This document shows positions 59,836-64,000 of a stretch of DNA of 64,000 bases, piece by piece (within the stretch, counting starts at the first letter, position 1; the number at the start of each line of letters is the position of its first letter). The notes below the pieces were generated by a model, which was not told the DNA's origin, did no database searches, and saw only the letters and a list, made by a program, of their open reading frames with translations. Source of the stretch: Aureliella sp. (lineage in GTDB: Bacteria > Planctomycetota > Planctomycetia > Pirellulales > Pirellulaceae). The DNA lies in NCBI GenBank assembly GCA_963691875.1, contig OY829846.1:3424001-3488000 (forward strand), given 5' to 3'. Position numbers and translations under genes: made by a program.

Positions 59836-61602
59836 CTACTTCATGTCGTAGAGAGCCAAGTGGCGGTAGTACACTTCTAAGCAATAGATATTAAGGCAAG
59901 TGGTATAGAGCCTGCCGCCGGAAGCGCCAAACATGTCTTGGCCTGGATCCCAGCTACCAGCTTCGTCGCTAGACTTCACCTGCATCTTTGGCAAAGTAGC
60001 CTTCATGGCCTCATTCCATTCATCCCAGTATTTTCCACCAACATGGTGTAGAACCTGAGTCGCGTAGTACCAGTAGTAGACACTGTACTGCTCGGCATTC
60101 ATCTCAGGCTTATTTGGCAGAAGGTCATCCACAACTGCACTCAGCAAGGACGGGTCGCTGCGGGTCCAGCCAAGGTAGATCCGGCACAAGACACCTTCGG
60201 CCGTCATGCTCAAGCTCGGATCTCTTTCAAAATCCGAGTAGGCATAGCGGGTCTGATCTTCAAATGAAACCGAATCGAGGAACTCAGAAACGCTATCGAT
60301 TTTTTCCTTGCTGGCGGGTAGCCCAGCCATACGAGCAGTCTGAAGTGCCATCAGAAACCAGCCCGTCACCGATAAGTCAGCATCTTCGCGAGGTTCGTAA
60401 CGCCAACCCTTTTTGCGACTCTGCGACCACTCGGCAAACTGAATGGCTCGCATCGCAGACTGCCGCAGCTCTTCGTCTTCGGTCATACCGTAGGCTTCAG
60501 TAACCGCGATAGATGCGATCGCCTGAGCATACATTTGCTGTCGAGATGGCTCTCGCTTGGAATAGAAACCTTCGCTGTCTTGGCGACGCGTCAAGTATTT
60601 TAGGCCGAGCTTAACGTTCGATGCATACTTGCCTTCTTGATGCGTGTAGCCAGCCCCAAGAAAGGCGTTGAGTGCCAAGGCGGTCGCAGCAGTACGATTT
60701 TCCTGGGCACCACCATCGGAGTAGGGACCGATCAAACTCCAGCTACCATCACTCTTTTGTTGTTTGGCCAACCACTTCAAGCCTAGTTCAACGGCGCTTT
60801 CCGTCTCGGCACTTCCACCGAACTTCGCAAGCAGCGCGTCCTTCAGTGGACCTTGGCGGCCAGTGAGTCCGTTGCGGATTCCAAAAGGAATCGTCTCGAG
60901 CTTAACCGTATCCGCTAAATCTGCTTCCTGCGCGACGACATCAAAGTCTGGCATTTCCAGTAGCTTCAGCGTCTCGATGGGATCAGCAGTCTCTTCCACG
61001 ACAGATACAGGCTCAACCTCCACCATCTCTGATGTGTCGGCAGTCTCGTCACCCTTTACTTGAATATCGCCGTACTTGTCGTCGGCGGCTTCACCAAGCA
61101 TCAGACTGAATGAGCCTTCGGTAAGATCACGAATAGGAATCAGCGCCAGGATGAGTAGCAAAGCGAGATGGAATACAAAGCTCACCAACCAGGACGGCGC
61201 ACGGCGGCCCTCTTCTTCTTGCTTAGCCGCATTTTCACTCGCCGTTTGCGGAACCCTTCGCCAACTGAAAAATCGCCTACTCAAGGTCTGGCTTCGCGTG
61301 CGATTCGGGAGCTCCGTATTGGGCCGAGCGACCGGTTGAGAAACCGGCTGCAACCTGGGCTCTAGCGTACGTTGCTGAAGGTTTTTTCGGGCAGATGGTT
61401 GAGACGAAGAACTTCGTGGATTTTTACGTTTCGCTTGTGTTGAAGGCGACGGGGGCGGTACTGGAGTCGGAGGAATGGCAGGCTTCGCGGCAGGTGGCTT
61501 GGGCTCAGGCGGTGAGGACGGAGGAACCGGGACCGGAGGAGGAACCTGGTTGCCGCGCGGATTTTCCATCGTGCCTGAATCTTGTGACAAGCTCACGACC
61601 AA
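59836..61602 (-). CDS. Membrane-anchored prenyltransferase/squalene-oxidase repeat protein
   Basis: Pro-rich N-terminus, TM SFVFHLALLLIL, QW-like repeats (WLAKQQKSDGSW, GWRY), YYWYY and LEVYYRHL. Confidence 0.88.
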   Translation of the reverse strand: MVVSLSQDSGTMENPRGNQVPPPVPVPPSSPPEPKPPAAKPAIPPTPVPPPSPSTQAKRKNPRSSSSQPSARKNLQQRTLEPRLQPVSQPVARPNTELPNRTRSQTLSRRFFSWRRVPQTASENAAKQEEEGRRAPSWLVSFVFHLALLLILALIPIRDLTEGSFSLMLGEAADDKYGDIQVKGDETADTSEMVEVEPVSVVEETADPIETLKLLEMPDFDVVAQEADLADTVKLETIPFGIRNGLTGRQGPLKDALLAKFGGSAETESAVELGLKWLAKQQKSDGSWSLIGPYSDGGAQENRTAATALALNAFLGAGYTHQEGKYASNVKLGLKYLTRRQDSEGFYSKREPSRQQMYAQAIASIAVTEAYGMTEDEELRQSAMRAIQFAEWSQSRKKGWRYEPREDADLSVTGWFLMALQTARMAGLPASKEKIDSVSEFLDSVSFEDQTRYAYSDFERDPSLSMTAEGVLCRIYLGWTRSDPSLLSAVVDDLLPNKPEMNAEQYSVYYWYYATQVLHHVGGKYWDEWNEAMKATLPKMQVKSSDEAGSWDPGQDMFGASGGRLYTTCLNIYCLEVYYRHLALYDMK

Positions 61603-62001
61603 CCCTCTTGAGAAAGAAAAGGTGTCTCGGGTGCCAAGCTTTACTTAGGAGAGAATTCAGAAAGAGAACATCGAGCCAGCTTCACAGCTCATAAGACTTA
61701 CTCGGTTCTTTGCCATAAACGGGCCAAGACATCCACAATTCTAACACTTTCCCCACGCCAATTGCACAAAAAGCTGACGAATCCCTTGGCTCAAACTCAC
61801 AGTACGAACATCGCGAGCTGAACAGCTGTCCACTAGCCTAGGAGCACTTCTGATCACGCGTGTTTCCGCTGAAATAGCGGATTATCAGGATTCCCATTTC
61901 TGCGTGACCAAAGGTGTCTGAGCCCTCGCGAAACTGAGACTACGCCACTTGAGATTGCTCTCAAGAGGCTTTCGCAAAGTCTCGTTTGTAGGACTCCAGC
62001 C

Positions 62002-62337
62002 TTGTCGACAGCCGTTCTCGAAACAACTGATTCTCAACTTCTACTGCCTTTCGAAGCGTCTTGGCCTGAAATCTCCGAGAGTAACTGGGAAAAAGGCTGG
62101 GATACTGCTGACTGGGGGGCAGATGCAGATGAAACAACCGACGAATTACTCTCCGACTTCGAGAATGAGCTTGCCGCTCAGCTGAAGCCAAGGGCTCAAG
62201 CTCGGCCAGAAAGCGAGCTTGAGCCTAAGAAAATGGGAGAATTCATGCACCAAGTACTCCTCAGCTATGGTATCACCGAAGCCGAAATCGCTCAGGGAAT
62301 CGCTGATTACGCGGCCAAACAGCTTCAATTCTGCTAA
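62002..62337 (+). CDS. Small acidic hypothetical protein
   Basis: 111 aa with a plausible C-terminal core (PKKMGEFMHQVLLSYGITEAEI). The start is uncertain. Confidence 0.5.
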   Translation: MSTAVLETTDSQLLLPFEASWPEISESNWEKGWDTADWGADADETTDELLSDFENELAAQLKPRAQARPESELEPKKMGEFMHQVLLSYGITEAEIAQGIADYAAKQLQFC

Positions 62338-62788
62338 CCCAGCCAGCAATCTTCCTTGGGCCCTAACGAGCGCAACGCTTTTACGGCACGAGCTGATCCA
62401 ACAGCGGGCAGAGCCCCTAGTCAATCGCTTGATTGGTCAAAATGACGGTCCGAAAAGAGCCAAGGCGGCGGAATCTGGCTTAGCTAGCTTCTCTACCTGC
62501 ACCCAGTAGCCTACAGCGGACAAATCCCTCCAAGTGCCTCTCTGCCAGTTACTTACGCAAATGGCAGGAAAATCTAGGCTTGTGAGTTTCTCACCTCGCT
62601 CGTAATATTTTGAGTTTGCTCCAAAGCCTCTGCGCGGATGGTACGCGAACTGCTCGACAGCAAGCGTCATCGCGGGCACGCTGAATTGGCGTTTTACAAC
62701 AACACCCCGTTCACCTGCTGCTGGCTTGGTTTCGTCACTGGGAACAGGATTGATGGAGCCTTGAAATTAGCATTGTCCGCCCGAATTC

Positions 62789-63205
62789 ATGATTGCTAGC
62801 CTTACATATCTGCTCCACCTACCCTTGCTGTTGGCGCAAAAAGGCGAATCAAGTGAACCGGTTGCAGATGAAAAGGCAACAGGGGAGCCTACACAAAGTC
62901 TGATCGTTCAGATTTTGCAGGATCCTTTTGCTCTCATCATCATCAGTGGCATGCTCTTTATTCTGCTCGTTTTGCGACCCCAGCAAAGGCAGATGAAGCG
63001 GCAGCAACAGTTGCTGTCAGGAATGAAGAAAAACGATCGAGTGATCACCTCAGGTGGCGTTCACGGAACAGTCATCCAAGCTAGCACTGACGAGACGACG
63101 GTTGTAATTCGAATCGACGACAATTCCGGTGCACGCATGACGGTAAACCGAGATGCCATAGCAACGATTGTCACCGCAGAAACCAAAGACAAAAAGAATT
63201 CGTAA
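62789..63205 (+). CDS. yajC: Preprotein translocase subunit YajC
   Basis: LRPQQRQ and MKKNDRVITSGGVHGTV motifs; precedes secD. Confidence 0.95.
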   Translation: MIASLTYLLHLPLLLAQKGESSEPVADEKATGEPTQSLIVQILQDPFALIIISGMLFILLVLRPQQRQMKRQQQLLSGMKKNDRVITSGGVHGTVIQASTDETTVVIRIDDNSGARMTVNRDAIATIVTAETKDKKNS

Positions 63206-63280
63206 CTCCAACGATTCAAACAAACAGATTCATCCTTAACCGAATTCTCAATGAATTCCATTTGAATTGGATTTCCTGGA

Positions 63281-64000
63281 ATGGACATTTCCATCATTGA
63301 TTTTTTGACTGTCCCACTCTTCTTGGCTCAAGGTATGGGCCAGGATCCAAGTGCAACCGACCAACAAGACAGCTGGATTCCACTCATCACAAACATTGGC
63401 ATTGTCTTGGCAATCTTTGTCCTACCGTTTGTGGTAAGCCACTTAGTCGCCAAGGCAGTTCGCATGCCGGATCACGCGTTCAAGCTGGGCGTGATGATCG
63501 CTGCTGTCACTGCTGGCCTGCTGTTCTCATGGAAGAATGATTTCCAGCTCCTGCTTGGCCCGGACATGAAGGGCGGAACGACGCTGGTTTACGACATCAT
63601 TGAAACCGATGGTGAATTGGATGCCGGGGCCCTAGCCACTGCCCTTGGCGACCGCCTCAATCCCTCAGGCACTCAAGAGATCTCGATTCGCAAACGCGGC
63701 GAATCGCAAATCGAAATCACAGTGCCAAACGTCGATGAGTACGAACTCAAGCGAATCAAAGACATTATCGGAAAAGCCGGTCAGCTTCAGTTTCAAATTG
63801 TTGCCAACGGCTCCGACCACCGCGATGTGATTGAGCAAGCTCGGATTCAAGCGAAAACTTCCAATTCGGACGAGATCATTGCCTCCGATGAGACTCCCCT
63901 GGGGCGATGGGTCACCGTGGGTCGCGAGTCAACGAAGGTGGAAGGGATTTACCCTCTCAAGACGCCTGTTCTGGGCGATATCTTGCGAAACACGGTTACA
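63281..64000 (+). CDS. secD: Protein translocase subunit SecD / SecDF (5' part, runs off the window)
   Basis: Not in the ORF track. Open from ATG 63281, with LLLGPDMKGGTTLVY, RLNPSGTQEISIR and GQLQF motifs; follows yajC. Confidence 0.92.
   Translation, partial: MDISIIDFLTVPLFLAQGMGQDPSATDQQDSWIPLITNIGIVLAIFVLPFVVSHLVAKAVRMPDHAFKLGVMIAAVTAGLLFSWKNDFQLLLGPDMKGGTTLVYDIIETDGELDAGALATALGDRLNPSGTQEISIRKRGESQIEITVPNVDEYELKRIKDIIGKAGQLQFQIVANGSDHRDVIEQARIQAKTSNSDEIIASDETPLGRWVTVGRESTKVEGIYPLKTPVLGDILRNTVT

Overview
This 64 kb window is ordinary core-chromosome sequence, about 53-55% GC by eye. It most likely comes from a planctomycete (Pirellulaceae-like), judged from a PSCyt/DUF1549/DUF1553-type protein, a DUF1559-like remnant, a sulfatase, clustered PQQ-like beta-propellers and a squalene-oxidase-repeat protein. 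Recognisable genes are hisI (partial), amtB, kdsD-kdsC, cpaF-tadB-tadC, a dihydroorotase, recJ, a tandem modA, a two-gene BamA/Omp85, phoD, an ECF sigma/anti-sigma pair, yajC and secD (partial). I see no CRISPR array, tRNA, rRNA, transposase or prophage. The most notable signals are: (i) a 1128-aa single-TM beta-rich protein in the lptC/lptA position after kdsD-kdsC, a candidate single-chain LPS bridge; (ii) a BamA split inside its last POTRA domain, with the barrel half carrying its own lipoprotein signal; (iii) an unannotated rod-shaped RNA of about 208 nt with a matching -10 box, a 6S-like candidate; (iv) a second promoter-to-terminator sRNA candidate beside an AT-rich island; (v) GGA-loop (CsrA-type) hairpins in leaders of envelope genes; (vi) two very Cys-rich proteins; and (vii) three decayed membrane-protein loci. 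All family calls come from motif recognition by eye, with no database searches.
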